Made by a program: the position numbers and the translations under genes
Source of the DNA: Reclinomonas americana ATCC 50394
Taxonomy: Eukaryota
Direction of reading: 5' to 3'
DNA: 53,503 nucleotides
Assembly (NCBI GenBank): GCA_048213135.1
Contig: PS015051.1
Span: forward strand, 38,398 to 91,900
The notes under the pieces: model-generated
Seen by the model: only the letters and a program-made list of their open reading frames with translations
What the model was told of the DNA's origin: nothing
Databases searched by the model: none
Part shown: positions 1 through 19,000 of the stretch, in pieces
How the letters are laid out: the number at the start of each line of letters is the position of its first letter
How positions within the stretch are numbered: position 1 is the stretch's first letter

Positions 1-3000
1 CCCCACCGAGATCCTCGGTCGCCACTCGGCCGTCGTCACCGTTCTCAACCAGCAGCAGGGCAAGATGCGACTGCGCGATCTGAAAAAGATGGTCGAGCAG
101 CACCGCGAGCAGGACACCACCGCCACGGCCGGGACGACCATGAGCGGCAGCGCAGGTGGAGCGGCGGCGGCGGCGGCGGCAGTGGCCGGGCTCGGTGACA
201 CGGGAGGCAGCAGTAGTGCGGATCGGCGGCAGCTGGAGGAGCTCGATTTTATTCGTGAGGTCAAGGCCAAGCGGGATTTCGAGTCGTCGAAGAAGNNNNN
301 NNNNNNNNNNNNNNNNNNNNNNNNNNNNNNNNNNNNNNNNNNNNNNNNNNNNNNNNNNNNNNNNNNNNNNNNNNNNNNNNNNNNNNNNNNNNNNNNNNNN
401 NNNNNNNNNNNNNNNNNNNNNNNNNNNNNNNNNNNNNNNNNNNNNNNNNNNNNNNNNNNNNNNNNNNNNNNNNNNNNNNNNNNNNNNNNNNNNNNNNNNN
501 NNNNNNNNNNNNNNNNNNNNNNNNNNNNNNNNNNNNNNNNNNNNNNNNNNNNNNNNNNNNNNNNNNNNNNNNNNNNNNNNNNNNNNNNNNNNNNNNNNNN
601 NNNNNNNNNNNNNNNNNNNNNNNNNNNNNNNNNNNNNNNNNNNNNNNNNNNNNNNNNNNNNNNNNNNNNNNNNNNNNNNNNNNNNNNNNNNNNNNNNNNN
701 NNNNNNNNNNNNNNNNNNNNNNNNNNNNNNNNNNNNNNNNNNNNNNNNNNNNNNNNNNNNNNNNNNNNNNNNNNNNNNNNNNNNNNNNNNNNNNNNNNNN
801 NNNNNNNNNNNNNNNNNNNNNNNNNNNNNNNNNNNNNNNNNNNNNNNNNNNNNNNNNNNNNNNNNNNNNNNNNNNNNNNNNNNNNNNNNNNNNNNNNNNN
901 NNNNNNNNNNNNNNNNNNNNNNNNNNNNNNNNNNNNNNNNNNNNNNNNNNNNNNNNNNNNNNNNNNNNNNNNNNNNNNNNNNNNNNNNNNNNNNNNNNNN
1001 NNNNNNNNNNNNNNNNNNNNNNNNNNNNNNNNNNNNNNNNNNNNNNNNNNNNNNNNNNNNNNNNNNNNNNNNNNNNNNNNNNNNNNNNNNNNNNNNNNNN
1101 NNNNNNNNNNNNNNNNNNNNNNNNNNNNNNNNNNNNNNNNCAGAAGTGGTGAGGAAGGGGAAAGGGGGTAAAGGGGAAGGGGAAGGGAGAAGAGGAGAAA
1201 GGGGGAAGAGGGGAAAGGGGGAAGAGGAAGGGAAACACGAGAGAGAGTGAGAGAGTAGAAGGGAAGAGGATGGGTGACAGGGGATGAGGACGAGGGACAA
1301 GCTTGGAGAGAGAAAGACAGTGCATGCATCCTAGTGATCATGAGAGCGTTCCATGCCCCGTTAGAATGCTCACCAGAGACATACAAGAGGAGGAGCGATG
1401 TGTCGGTGTGTACGCAGTCACCAGCGAAAAACGAAGACTGTGTGTTGAAGGGAGAGATTGTTATTTAGATGAGGACAGGGAGTGCGCAGCATGATGACTT
1501 GGAAGAGAGTGAAGAAGAGAGGCGAAAGGGATTGATGGCTCACGCTGCTGTTGTTTCCATCACGGAATATTGGCTGTGGTGGTCTGTCTTCGGTCATTTC
1601 CACCACCACTACATAGAAGAGAGTGAGTTCTAGAAGGAGTGCCACTTCGAGTGGGAGAGAGAGTGATTTCCTCGTTGCACACTGCTGCCATTTTCAACAG
1701 AGAAAATGAGTGACGACGTCGCCGCACATTCATGAAGAGAGACTGAATGAGAGAGAGAGAAAGAGAGAGCAGAATGAGCGAGATTAAAGAAATGAGAAGT
1801 CGTAGAACGCACTGCAGAGTGCCTCTGTCCATTGCTGCCCGCCATTCCTCTCCTTCCTCCTATTCCTTCTCCTGATCTCACTCCTTTCCCTCTCTCCCGC
1901 AGGTTCACATGCGTCGGCGACAACGTCATGACGCAGGAAAACATCGATGCCGTGCTGCGTGCGCGTCGCGAGGCTGAAGAGCGCGCGGATGCCGATCGCC
2001 GCCAGCAGCGACGAGAGCGGAGGGAGACAGTGGAGCGGCAGGATCGCGTGGTGGTGTATGCCGATGGAGAGCATCAAGAAGGTGCGGGAGGAGGGAAAGG
2101 ACGGGAAGGAGCGAGGAAGGGGGATGAGAGAATATGGCGAGGGACAAGTTCAGCGTTGCACAAAGAGTGGCACATGAAGGTGGAGAATGCGCGAGAGGAT
2201 TACGGGAAAGAGATGTGAGTGGGTTGAAAGAGAGTGTGATGTGAAAGACAAGCGACGACGGGGGAGGGGAGAAGAGGAGAAAGGGCGAAGCAGTGTCAAC
2301 GAGACGACGAGTACAGTGAGGGGAGAATTGATGAGAGGAAAGATGGAGGGAGAAGATTACTGTTGTGTGTGAGAGAGAGAGAGAGAGATGACAAGCAAGG
2401 GAGAGGGGAAATCATGAAGAGGAAGAATTTAGTGCACAGAGAGAGAGGAGAAGCGATCAAGAAGACTTGGGTGTGAGAAGAATGGAGGAGAAGTCTCGGA
2501 TGGCGAGTAGAGCAGAAGAGAAGAGACAGATAAATGAAAGCTAAGGAAAAGGGCAAGAGTGAAGGGACAGATGGCAAGTGCTTAATGAATCGAGCGAAGT
2601 GACCGAAGAGAAGAAAGGGAGTGGAGAATAGCCCGACAAGAAGAGAAAGAATGAAGGAGGAGAAGTCAGAGAAAAGAAGAGACGGAAAAGTCAAGCAAAC
2701 GAAGACTTGCGAGAGAGGAGGAAGAATAGATAGAGAAGAAGAAATGAGAAAGGAACTGAGGCATTCCAGGAGATGAAAGAAACACGCGATGGTCCGCTCT
2801 TATCCCTTTCCCTTTTTCGTCTCTCCCCTTCTCCCCCTCCTTTCCCCTCTAACCCTTCCCCTTATTTTCACAGAATCACTCCCCACGCCAAACTTCGTCC
2901 CCAAGGGCGGCGACACGCTGTTTGCGCAAATGGAGCTGTTTGAAAAGTTCGCCTCGGCTGTTCGACGACGCATGGTGCAGCAGCGTGTGATGCGACGCAT

Positions 3001-6000
3001 GCGTGCGATTGGTCGGGCCATGACGGCGCAGACCAAGAGTTGCGCCTTGTGAGGGCTATGGTGAACAATGTGCTGGAGACTGACAGTGATTTCTTTGTCG
3101 CAGGCGGCGGTGATCTGGCGGGCAAGCTAGCGTTGGTGCGTTGATTTGTCTCCCTTCTCTCCTTCTCCTTTCGCTCACCTTGCCCGCTCTTGCAGGAATC
3201 GCCACTCGCCAGCTTTTTCGAGCAACCGAGTCCAGGTTCGCCATCTCCGCTCGAGCCCTCTCTTCCTCTCGTTTCTTGACTCATGTCCTCCTTGTAGACG
3301 ACGATGCCATTCGCAAGAGAATACCGCGCACCGAGGGACACCGTCTGATCGGCGCATACATTCCAGTGTACATGCCGGAGAACTTCCAGACGAGCAGCCG
3401 CCTGGCCGACCCGCCGTTCCCCGAGTTTCACGATTTTGATTTCACGGCGCTGCAGGTACGAGCGAGTGTGATCGAGAGTGGTTTCATCTCAACCGTCGCT
3501 GGCATCTTCGCTCCTCAACCCTCGTTCCTCAACCCTCGCTCCTCAACCCTCAACCCTCCTTCCTCAACCTTTGACCCTCGTTCTTCAACCGTCAGTCCTC
3601 GCTAATCAACCCTCAACCCTCGTTTATCAACCCTCGTTCTTCAACCCTCGACCCTCGTTCTTCGACCCTCAACCTTCGTTATTCAACCCTCAACCCTCGT
3701 TCCTCAATCCTCAACCCTCGCTCCTCAACCCTCGTTCCTTAATCCTCAACCCTTGTTCTTTAACCCTCCACCCTCTTTCTTAACCTTCAACCCTCCTTTC
3801 CCAACCCTTGTTCCTCAACCCTCGTTCCTTAGCCCTCAACCCTCCTTTCCCAACCCTCCACCCTCGCTCATCGACCCTCGTTCCTCAACCCTCGTTCTTC
3901 AACCCTCAACCCTCGCTCCTCAACCCTCAACCCTCGTTCCTCAACCCTCGTCTCTCAACCCTCCACCCTCGCTCCTCAACCCTCAACCATCGTTTCTCAA
4001 CGCTTTCTTCTACCCAGTCGTTCTCTGTCTCTCTCCTCACGTTTCCATTTTCCACTCCCTTGACCCTTCCCGTTCTCTTTCTCTTTTCATTATACTTCCC
4101 CTTCTCCCTCTTCTCCCTTCTCACCCTTTCCCCTCTCGCAGGTCCCCTTGGAATACAAACTGATGGATTACCAACCGGAAGCACTCATCACGTACCCCAC
4201 CTTTGTGCCCGACGAGTCGCACCGCCAGCTGCTGATCGGCGCCGAGACCGAGCTCATCACCATGGGACCGGCCGGCTTGCAAAAGGAGGAGGCGGCTGTT
4301 GATTTGCGGCTGAATGATGCTGCGCGGTCGCACCAGGCGTGCGTGCTGCGCCGCGCCATGCTGCCGTATCCGTCGATGACGCCACAGGTGTGTGTGGGGG
4401 CAAAGGGTGACGGAGAAGCACAGCGTTGCACCGTAAGGCACTCCACTTCTCTCCCCTCGTCCTTTCCCGTGATGGTTTCTTTTGGGACGCGATGCTGTTC
4501 AATCCGAGTCTGTGAGCAAGTCTGTGCACCTTCTCTCTTTCTGCCTCTTTTCGCGTCACATTGAAGCGCACGTTGCGCTCTGACTCTGTCTGTTGCTCGC
4601 TGTATGTATGTCAGTCGGAAAAAGTGAGAAACAAAACTGCTGCGAAAGAACCTAAGTGTTTCTCTTTATTCTGTCTCTCGTATACATGTTCGGCGCGATA
4701 GCGTTGACGCATCTGACACGACTTGTGGTGCTCCGTGCATTTAGCGAGTTTGTGTTTCAATTCTTTCTCATTTTCTGTCTTGCTCTTGTGTGATGTGAGA
4801 ATGCGACCTTGCTGAAAGAGGAGTGAGCAAAAAAGTGCGCGCTTTTCCATCTCTCCCTTTCTGAGTGTGTACTTGATGGAGAGAGAGAGAGAGAGTTGCC
4901 TGTGCTCTCGTTCTCATTCTTCCATTTCGCCCTCTATCTCTCTCTTGTGTGATGTGAGAATGCGATCTAGCTGAAGAAAGAGTGAGCAATAAGTGCGCTA
5001 CTCCACGTCTCCCTTTCTGAGTGTGTACGTGATAGAGAGGGAGAGGGGGATAGGGAGAAAGAGAGCTGCCTGCGCTTGCGAGAATACATTCACTTCTCTC
5101 GATCTCTCGCTTTCTCTTCTCTCCTCTCTGACCCTTGTATTGCGCAGTCATCCCTCCTCCCCTGGACCGAGGCCGACGCCTCCTACGGTGCCATTCGCGC
5201 CACTCTGCTGCGCCCCTGGAAATCAATCGTCGCCAGCGGTAACAAGCGCAGTGCCGGACAGGCCTCTGCGGATCCTACTGTTGCGTCTCTCTCTCTCTCT
5301 TCCACAAGTCTTCTTTCTGTTTCTGCCTTCTTGCTCTTCTCTTTCTCCTTCCATCCGATTGCTGCTTCCTTTCCACTCTTGCCTCTCCTCCGTCGCTCCG
5401 TATTCCTCTCTTTCCCTCTTCCTCTCTTCGCTCTCCTCTCCCCCCTTTCCCTCCTTTCCCTATTCCCCTCCTGCCCTCCTTTCCCTCCTTTCCCTCCTTC
5501 CCCTCCTTCCCCTCCTTTCCCTCCTTCCCCTCCTTTCCCTCCTTTCCCTCCTTCCCCTCCTTCCCCTCCTTCNNNNNNNNNNNNNNNNNNNNCTCATTTC
5601 CCCTCCTTTCCCATTCTTTCCCATTCTTTCCCCTCCTTTCCCCTCCTTCTCCCTCCCTTCCCCTCCTCCCGCTCACTTCCCCCTTCCCCTTTGACCTCCA
5701 CAGAGCTGGCTCGATTCGCTTCCACCCCCCGCCCAGCACTCGTTCCGCCGCATCCAACCCGACAACATACTCTGCGGCACCACCGCGCTCTTTAGCATGA
5801 GCAAGGCCAAGACGCTGACCGATGTGTTTGCCGACGCGCACGTGGACACGCTAAAGACGGGCGCCAATGCCGACGATGCCCTGAAGGCCTCGTCGTCGCG
5901 CTTCGCCATGACGCCGCCGGCTCGATTGTGCGCCGAGGCCGTGCACGAGCGGCGCGCCCTGGCCATTGAGCGTCGCGAGAAGGAGCAGCAGCGCAAGGAG

Positions 6001-7591
6001 GAGAAGAGGAAGTTGAACCCGGCCACAGGTGAGCCTGTCCAAGAAAAAGGAGAAGAAGGCAAGGCTAATAAGTCACTCACTTTCCCTCCCGCCTTTCAGC
6101 CACCATGTCGGCCACTGCGGTCGGTAGCGCCACCAAGCACAACGCGTCGGCGCTGTTGAGTGCGAGCCTGCTGCCGGCGGGAGCTGCGGCTGCGGGCGCC
6201 AGCAATCTGCTGCAGTATCGCGGGATTGCGGCGGCGTTGGACACGCAGCGGTCGGGTGGGGTGGGTTTCTCCACTCCGTTTTTGCCGTTTAGTGCGTTGC
6301 ATCCGTCGGCGGCCACAGCGGAAGGTCGGTTAGGGGAAGATAAGGGAAAGGGAGAGGGGAAGGAATGGGGTGAAGGGGAAAGGGGAAAGGGAGAGGGCGA
6401 GGGTGAAGGGGGAGGGGAAGGGGAAGGAGGAAAGAAAAGGGTGGAAGATGAGGGCTTGCGTGTGTTCACGTCTTGTAGTGTCGAGGGGGCCGGATACATG
6501 CATAGAGCTTGTTGGTTTATTTGCGTTTCATGTGTTTGTTTACCTCCTTTTATCCTTGCGAGCGGGTGTGCGCAAGTGTGTGTGGTTTGTGAAGGAGAAG
6601 AGGTTGAGATTGCATGACAGTCTGTATTTGGTAAGCTCAAGACGAGAAAGAATATCAAACAAAACAGACATGACTGCGGAGGGTGCAGGAGAAGGGAGGG
6701 CGAATTAGGTGCACGGATATCTGCATGGGTGCAAGGATTTCAGTGCACATACAGAGCAGAGCGCTTGATCAGCAGGCGAGCTCACGTAGAGGACTGTAGT
6801 CATGTGAACGTGGTTGAGATTTGAATTGCGGTGTGCTGTTAAAGATTACTCTCTTGCGTTCATTCTCATCTGTCATTTGGTTGGATCTGGCTGCAAGCAA
6901 GATCACTCTCGTGCATTCTCATCTCACATCTGTCAAGTGATGAGGTGCAAGTGCAGCCTGTAATCAGGCATGCTCTTTTTCATCGGAGAGAGGAAACAGC
7001 AGATTGCAAGTAACATTGATCCTGCATGTTCATCTGTCATTTGGTTAGATGAAGGATCTGACTGCAAGCAAGATCACTTGTGCATTCTCACCCTACATCT
7101 GCCATGTGGTGCCTGTAATCTGGCTTGCTCTCTTAATATTGCTCTTATTTGTGCTCGCATCAGTGAGGAGCTGAAATAGTAGACTCTTGTCAATTAAGTT
7201 TGCTCTATCGTTCTCCTCTCTTCTCTCTTCTCATCTCTCCTCTCCTCTCTTTATTCACACGTCTTCGCCCTCCCTTCTCCCACATCGCACAGACCGCGGC
7301 TTCCCCGTCATCATGTCCTCTCCCGACGACTCGCACCTGCTGTCGGACTCGGACGAGGAGGCTCGCGACGAGGCCGCACAGCGCGGAGTGCGCCTGGAGG
7401 ACGCGCTGCCGAGACCGACAGAGGCGTTTTTGGCCGCCAACTTTTTCATTCCGCCGGCGGGTGTGCCGCGACCGACGGCCTACGAGCGGGGCGTCAGTGC
7501 GTTGGAGTCGGCGTTGCAGTCGCGGCGCGCCAAGCGCATGCAGGCGTTGGTGTCGGCTGTGGATAATCTCTCTCATCAGTTGAAGGACCCG
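1..7591 (+). CDS. CFAP221: Cilia- and flagella-associated protein 221 (PCDP1), 3' part; 5' end outside window, last exon uncertain
   Basis: Frame-consistent exons 1-295(gap), 1903-2081, 2874-3038, 3104-3135, 3196-3235, 3298-3455, 4142-4387, 5148-5279, 5704-6028, ~6100-6324, 7293-7591. Peptides SAVVTVLNQQQGKMRLRDLK, PNFVPKGGDTLFAQMELFEKFASAVRRRMVQQRV and LQVPLEYKLMDYQP...RQLLIGAETELITM match remembered CFAP221 blocks (AVATVLNQEPGKLKIKEL; LKVPQLYKIKRYQP...RALKQGAEDE) in the same order. Confidence 0.75.
3510..4000. repeat. Degenerate 7-mer CCTCAAC/CCTCGTT minisatellite (intronic)
   Basis: Tandem CCTCAAC variants. Related tracts lie at ~26510-27120 and, in reverse orientation, ~38205-38490. Confidence 0.85.
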
Positions 7592-8016
7592 GTGCGTCGG
7601 GGAAAAGGGGGGACAAGGGGAAGGGGGAAAAGGGGGAAGGGGGAAGGGGGGAAGGGAGGAGAGGGAGAAGGAAGGAGAGAGAGAAGGGAAAGACGAGCTG
7701 TTCTTGTGTTTTTTATCTGTGCATGCGCGTGGTTTGTGTTTCTGTTGGTTTGCAGCAGCTGCGTTGAATGAGTGTTTGATTCTCGCTCTGAGGTTGCAGG
7801 CGATAGAAGACTGGTGGGAAGAGAGAGATGTTGTCTGCTCTCAGTGTGTGCGAATGTGTTCTGTGAGCGAGAGAGGAGAGGGAAAGAAGTGAGGAAAAGG
7901 AGATGTTTCCTTGCGTGTCCGTGCATCTCAGAGAGTGGGGGTGTGGAAAGAAGAAATCTGCTCGTTATCTTCCTTCTGTTTCAGTGGGCATGTTCGTACG
8001 AGTGAGAGGCAGTGAG

Positions 8017-8084
<68 letters not shown>

Positions 8085-8186
8085 GAGAGAGAGAGTAGTA
8101 GTACGTANNNNNNNNNNNNNNNNNNNNAGGGAGGTCGGTGAGCGCGGCGAGGTGAGAGAACGGAAGGCGGGTGGGAGTGACGCAAC

Positions 8187-14248
<6,062 letters not shown>

Positions 14249-14910
14249 TTTGCGAGGGGAGGAGGAGGGAGGTATAAAGAGGGACGTCGCGGGACACGGA
14301 TGGATGGACAGCAAGGTGGTGGAGGTGAAAGAGATGAGTGTGGGCGGTGTGGGGAGCGGGGGGGAACGATCGGGAGTGCGAATAGAGAGGCCTTGGAGGA
14401 GGTCGTGTATTTCTCTTGTGTCCACTGCACGGCCGCAGTCGCTGGTTTTCCTGACCTGTGTGCTTGTAGATCCGTGACTCGTTGGGGGACACAAGAAAGT
14501 CATGCAACGGAGGAGGTGGGTTTGGAGGGGGGCTTGCGATTGGTATTCGTGTCCGAATCCTGTTCACTTTCTCTTGCTATGTATCCACGGCCGCAGTCTC
14601 TGTCATTTTCCCGGCCCTTGTACTTGCAGACCCTTGGACCATTGAAGGATACAAGGAAGTAACGCAACGGAGGAGGTGCATCTTCGAATTCGATATATTT
14701 TAGCGCCACTGCGAGACCTACACGCGTTTGATTGGGATTGCCTCCTGCAAGGGAAGATGAAAGACCAACGGTACAAACACGACTCGCTTGCCAGTACGCT
14801 CCTGAACGGCTTGCGCAAGGCGTAGGTACCTTCCAGCCTTCTCATCGTGAGCACGTCGCAGAGCTCGAGTGGACCGCTTGTCACCGTCAGAGCATTTTTC
14901 TTGCGAGAAG

Positions 14911-14963
14911 GGTCATCAAGACAGCTGTTGCTTGTTTGTTGGTGAATGAATTGTTGTTGTTGC
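14911..14963 (+). repeat. Left copy of a 53/54-bp inverted repeat (candidate TIR)
   Basis: GGTCATCAAGACAGCTGTTGCTTGTTTGTTGGTGAATGAATTGTTGTTGTTGC is the reverse complement of 21862-21915 apart from one T indel. Confidence 0.9.
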
Positions 14964-15260
14964 CTCGGCGGCTGAACCCTGATGTCGCTGATATCGGTTT
15001 CGATATTTGAACATGTACCACCTGCATGCAGTCTTGATCAGTGCCACGCTGCCTGATCAATCAGGCAACGTAGACACCACGAGACTCGTGGCAGCGACAA
15101 CAACCACACTCCCTTGTTGACACGCCAGTCGGCGCAGCGTGCCACCAGCGTGACCATTTCTAGACCTCGCAATCGCGATCAACTCGTCCACTCCACACTG
15201 GACAACACCTCTCTTCACCTCTTCGTGGGAGAGGACCACTCCCTTCCCCCCATTCCCTCC

Positions 15261-15452
15261 ATGTTCCACCACAGCACCTCGGCAAAGGACCATCGCATGC
15301 GCGGCAAGTCGCGCCCGGATCTCGGCAATCCGTACGCCTGTCGCTTGCCTCCGCGCGCCTCCCTCGGCAATCACTGCACCCTCAAGTGCTGCAAGTACTG
15401 CTACACGACGCTGGGTGCGCGCATGAGCCGCCGGTTGCAGGTGCAGCGGGCG
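15261..15452 (+). CDS. Possible first exon of a small Cys-rich protein
   Basis: ATG-led 64-codon GC-rich stretch MFHHSTSAKDH...ACRLPPRASLGNHCTLKCCKYCYTTLG...QRA ending at a GTGAGT donor (15453). The next exon may lie in the gap at 15717-15736. Confidence 0.35.
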
Positions 15453-15549
15453 GTGAGTGAGGCGAGGGGGGTGGTGAGGAGGGGGGGAGTGGAGGGAAAT
15501 GGTGGTGCGGTGAATTGAAGAAAAGTAAAGGTGATGCGTTGCTGTGGCT

Positions 15550-15600
<51 letters not shown>

Positions 15601-15748
15601 GAGGGAGGGAGGGACGGGACGACGACGTCGTCGTCGTCGTCGTACGCGACGACCGACCGTACGTACGTTACGTTAGTAGTAACGTAAACGTAAACGTAAC
15701 GTACGTACGACGACGANNNNNNNNNNNNNNNNNNNNAGTAGTAGTAGT

Positions 15749-15856
<108 letters not shown>

Positions 15857-16031
15857 AGGGAAAGTGGGGAGGGGCCATCGACGTCGCGTGTCACGTGCAC
15901 GCCCAGGACTTTTGAGGTGTCAAAAAATAGGACTTACAGAGACGCAAGAGGTGCGCTTGCGTGGAAGGCAGAGAAGAAACTGAGTCGAAGGCACGGCATT
16001 GTGCGTGGAGGCTGCCCTAGCGTGCAAGAAG

Positions 16032-19000
16032 ATGAGGTGTGGTTGTGTTCGAGTTTGTTGTCCTCTTACAGCACGAGTGCTCACACAAACGAGCGCTTCG
16101 TTGTTTGTTTGCGTGTGTGTGTGTGTTTATCTGTGCGCTTGTGCGAGCAGTGCAAGGAAGAGAGCGTGGGAGCTGGGGAAGGATGGCAATGTGGAGGCTC
16201 TGCGTGCCTTGGTGGAACTTGAGGGTGCTCACACTCTGCTGGCGAAGGAGGAGTGTGGCATGGATGGCAGCTCGGCATTCTACTGCGCCGCAGCCGCAGG
16301 TCAGCTTACAGTTTTGTCGTATTTGTGGCACGAGAGTGGTGTCGGCCCGGAACTCGCTCAACTGGTCACCAACGATGGCTCGACACCACTGATTGCGGCT
16401 GCCACCAAAGGCCGAGTGCAAGTGGTGCAGTGGCTGCTTGACGACGCACAACGATTTCCGTCAGATATGGTGATGGCAGTCACCAACGAGCTGCGGTGGA
16501 CTGCGCTTCATTTCGCTGCGATGTATCGCCATGAAGCAATTGCGCGACTCCTTGTCACAGCGTATCCCGACCTCCTTCGTGTGCCCGGAAAGGATGGCAT
16601 GACGGCGGTACAATTAGCACGCAGCATCAAGAATGAAGCAATGTTCAAGTTGCTGGATGAGTATGCTGCTGCCCAGGTGAGCTTCCATGTTGCACGGTTC
16701 TCCAGTCTTCAATGCATTGTGTGTCTCTGACCCGTTGTTCCGTTTCTCCGGACAGGAAAAGATCGATGCCGCCGTGGCACGCCAGGTCGCCGAAAAAGAC
16801 AGGCAATGTACCGAGCTCCAGCGCGATCTTGCTGTTGAGCGGCAGGAACGACAGGAGCAGCAAGAAGAGTGGGAAAGGCAGCGACGAGAGCGCGATGAAA
16901 CAATTGCCCAACTGCAGCAGGCCATCGAGGAAATGCGGCGATCCGGCGCTGGAGCTGAGACCCAGCGACCTGATGCCAATGAATGGCAGCGAACGATAGC
17001 GGATATGCAGGCTGACCGCGATCTGTGGCGACAGAAAGCTGAACAGTTTGATCGCCAACTGCGCAGCGTCTTCTCCATGGACTATCTTAGGTTCGTTCTT
17101 AAATGTGAGTGTCTCTTTCGTGAGGTAATTTTTCTCACATGACACTCGGTACATATTGGCACAGCGATCGCCGACGGATCCTGTTGCTTGTTGACGTCAT
17201 TCAAGATGTTGCTCCATTGGCTCTCGGTTCCCTTTTGAATGAACTCGTCGCTGGCTTCTTCCCTGGCGAGTTCGACATTGAGAATCTCTGCTTCTCTGGT
17301 TCACCGAGGCCACCGCGGTAACTGACCTAATGCCCTATGCCGAGTGGTGTCCGCTGCGCTCATTCAGCTTCACAGATATTGTCGGGCGTATCTGGACAAG
17401 CGAGACAACAGAAAAATCTACTTGCGCCCTGTGAAGTTGTTCCCTTCCAACTTCGATGTGATCCGCGTGTTCAATCGGAGTGGACTGACCGATGGCATGG
17501 ATGTGTCGCTGCTCTGCACGTTGCTGTTGTACATCTCCTTTGTTCCTGCCGCTGTTTGTCGAGATTCGGATCTGTTGGTCAAACGCGTGCGTCTGGACCC
17601 TCACACGAACGAAGATCGGCTGGCGGTGCGCTTGCTCGCCGACCCCGCTAAGGTGTGTTTTCTCCATGTGCTGACATCTGTTAACGTTGTTGCTGCTTCT
17701 CATTCGATTCTCTGTTCTGCAGATTCAAGCTGTGGAGATTTTGCGAGATGTGCGCCATCGCGTGGCTCATTTGGCACGTCGTTCTGCACTCGAAGACGCG
17801 GAGTATGTGACTATCATGCGGCTTATTCGCGACTCGCTCCACACGCTGTTTCCTGATGGACAGCATGAGAGCATACGTCGTCTTTTCCAAGCATACGACA
17901 GTTGCCAATCTCTGCCTCCCCTATCTACTGTATTGGTCACTCATAGTCAGTCTGCCGCACAGTCGTAAGCCAAATCGATGCGACTGCCGAATTGGTGACG
18001 CAGAGGACAGCAGCGCTTGCAATCACGGCACCCGAGGTGACTGTCTCTGAGCTCGTTTTTTCATCCAGACAGATCGCCAATGGTATGCGCACGTATCTTT
18101 TCTTGCGCTCTTGCAAGCAAGTCAGGGACTGATGCGTTTGTACGTGTGCACAGGACAAAACTCAGTCTTTCTTGCCTCTCTACGGCTCCATGGTGAGATC
18201 CGGGCTGTTGCATACAAGCGATATGTTGTTAGTCAGCATGCTCGCTCGGCGGACTGGAAACGCACTCGTGAGTGCTTTGAGAACGAACATTCGCTGCTGA
18301 TGTCACTCGAGTTGCGTGCTTTCGTTGTCAAGGTGCATAGTTTTCTGCAGTCGCTCACTAGCCAACAGTCATCCAAACATCGTGAACTTGTTGGCCGTGT
18401 GCAACGACGACCCGAGTGGTCTTGGTCTCATTCTTGAATACGTTGGTCAAGAAGGAGTGGATGGCAAAGCGGAGACGCTGGACGACCTCGTGAAGGATGA
18501 ACATGTGACAACTGCACAGCTGCTCTGCCTGCTCTTGCAAGTGGCGTCAGCGGTTGTGTACATGCACTCACGTCGAGTGGTGCACCGTGATCTCAAGCCG
18601 CAGAGTTGCGTATGTGATTCAGGTGAAACGCGAGAAGCTTTCTCGCTCTCCTAACCATGCATTGTGTACAGACATTCTCGTCAGCGAGGATCGACTGGTT
18701 GCCAAGGTGTGCGACTTTGGAGAGGCCAAACTTCACGGCACTCTCGGAAAGATGCAGTCGACCCATGGAACGGCGGTGTATGCTGCACCAGAAGTGATGC
18801 TGAACCAGAAGGTACACAACGGACGCACCTCTTCATCTTCGTGGCGACATGCGCTGTCCTCACATTTCCGTTTCCATTATCACCAGTACGATGAACGAGC
18901 AGACGTGTATGGGCTTGGCTCCCTGCTCTGGTTTAGTACTACACACGCAGAGCCGTTCGACGGTGCATCGCTGCTGGATATTGTGCAATGCATGCGTGAC

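Noticed and set aside
7800-7892. AIEDWWEERD... as the last CFAP221 exon
   Set aside because: The phase fits, but the acceptor has a weak pyrimidine tract and there is no recognisable similarity. The true end may be in gap 8108-8127.
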